DNA of 64,000 nucleotides from an uncultured Rickettsiales bacterium (GTDB lineage Bacteria; Margulisbacteria; Marinamargulisbacteria; GCA-2716485; CAZIFG01): NCBI GenBank assembly GCA_964539135.1, contig CAZIFG010000006.1, positions 8,585 to 72,584 of the forward strand, read 5' to 3'. Shown piece by piece: positions 63,386 to 64,000 of this stretch (position 1 is its first letter; each line of letters starts with the position of its first letter). The notes under the pieces were generated by a model. It saw only the letters and a program-made list of their open reading frames with translations, ran no database searches and was not told where the DNA came from. The position numbers and the translations under genes were made by a program.

Positions 63386-64000
63386 ATGATTCGCATTGCA
63401 CTTAAAATGTTATTGGGCGATAGAGCAAAATACTTAGGATTGGTTTTTGGGGTTACTTTTGCGACTTTATTGATGGCCCAACAGGTTTCTATTTTTATTG
63501 GCATCATGGCCCGGACGTCTAGTGTTGTTAATAATGTTTCAGAGGCGGATATTTGGGTGATGGACCCTCGCGTGCGGTACATTGATGAAGTGGAGGCCAT
63601 GCGCTCTGTTGAGTTGACCAACGTTCGGTCTGTTCCTGGTGTTAAGTGGGCGGTTCCTTTTTATAAAGGACTTGCGATGATTCGCATGCCGGATGGATTG
63701 ACGCAACAAGTTCAGCTTATTGGTGTGGATGATGTCAGTTTGGTGGGGTTGTGCCGAAACTCTTTTATGGGGGATACTCATGCTGTTCAATCTCCTAAAA
63801 CAGGGGTTATCGATAAAACAGGCTATTCGTTTACGTGGCCAGGACAACCTTTTCAGTTGGGTAAAGAAATTGAACTAAATGATAATCGCTTGATTTTAGG
63901 CGGGATTTGCGAATCGGCGCCTACTTTTTTGACCTTTCCAACTGTTTTTGTTTCCTACTCCACAGCTTTAGAAATTACACCTCCGGTTCGGAATAAAATG
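63386..64000 (+). CDS. ABC transporter permease, FtsX/MacB (DevC-like) family, N-terminal part (continues past the window end)
   Basis: Not in the ORF track because it runs off the edge. Translation from ATG 63386 gives MIRIALKMLLGDRAKYLGLVFGVTFATLLMAQQVSIFIG..., that is TM1 followed by the large periplasmic domain typical of MacB/DevC-type permeases. Confidence 0.7.
   Translation, partial: MIRIALKMLLGDRAKYLGLVFGVTFATLLMAQQVSIFIGIMARTSSVVNNVSEADIWVMDPRVRYIDEVEAMRSVELTNVRSVPGVKWAVPFYKGLAMIRMPDGLTQQVQLIGVDDVSLVGLCRNSFMGDTHAVQSPKTGVIDKTGYSFTWPGQPFQLGKEIELNDNRLILGGICESAPTFLTFPTVFVSYSTALEITPPVRNKM

Noticed and set aside
1-64000. Search for tRNA, rRNA, tmRNA, SRP RNA, RNase P RNA, known riboswitches (Mn yybP-ykoY near mntH, TPP, T-box near valS), CRISPR arrays, IS elements, integrases and phage genes.
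   Set aside because: No intergenic region showed cloverleaf or T-loop signatures, conserved SRP or riboswitch cores, regularly spaced direct repeats, or transposase/integrase-like ORFs. I cannot run covariance models, so small or divergent RNAs may have been missed.

Overview
This 64-kb chromosomal window comes from a diderm (Gram-negative) bacterium that I cannot place taxonomically from sequence alone. I support about 50 protein-coding genes. I found no rRNA, tRNA, CRISPR array, transposase or integrase.

Housekeeping content:
- Information processing: nusA (partial), holA, valS, cca, clpB, tsaC and a pseudouridine synthase.
- Cell shape and division: mreB, ftsZ, ftsL and ftsI.
- Envelope and LPS: hldD, a fused fabZ-lpxA, and a heptosyltransferase-wecB-epimerase-wzx-gmhB-GT2/acetyltransferase-methyltransferase-aminotransferase cluster.
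- Metabolism and transport: bioF with a bioH-like esterase, thyA, folC, leuC and leuD, tal, ndh, pepP, two amino-acid transporters, and an mntR-mntH-outer-membrane-channel cassette.
- Dispersed competence and type IV pilus parts: a GspE/PilB-like ATPase, comEA and a prepilin-like gene.

Features beyond ordinary annotation:
1. A roughly 140-bp palindromic intergenic repeat family has four full and three truncated copies, with compensatory changes in its terminal inverted repeats.
2. A set of large orphan ORFs is concentrated at 37.8-52.9 kb, with another pair at 12.8-14.8 kb. Their motifs look eukaryote-directed:
   - a U-box-like FTCPIS...DPMTNLP segment;
   - a clan-CA cysteine-peptidase signature with UCH-like Gln/Cys/His/Asp spacing;
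   - degenerate ankyrin repeats;
   - an SP/RS-rich disordered region containing a 30-bp tandem repeat;
   - a membrane-anchored trypsin-fold protease with a CCCC motif and a proline-rich tail.
3. Two divergent Rossmann/SDR-like paralogs have Tyr replaced by Phe in the YxxxK motif and bracket the manganese cassette.
4. A consensus promoter is followed by a hairpin and a terminator carrying a C10 loop, directly in front of gmhB.
5. T>A and G>C skew on the + strand appears uniform and independent of gene orientation.

All functional calls for the orphan ORFs are motif-level inferences. They need profile searches and structure prediction.
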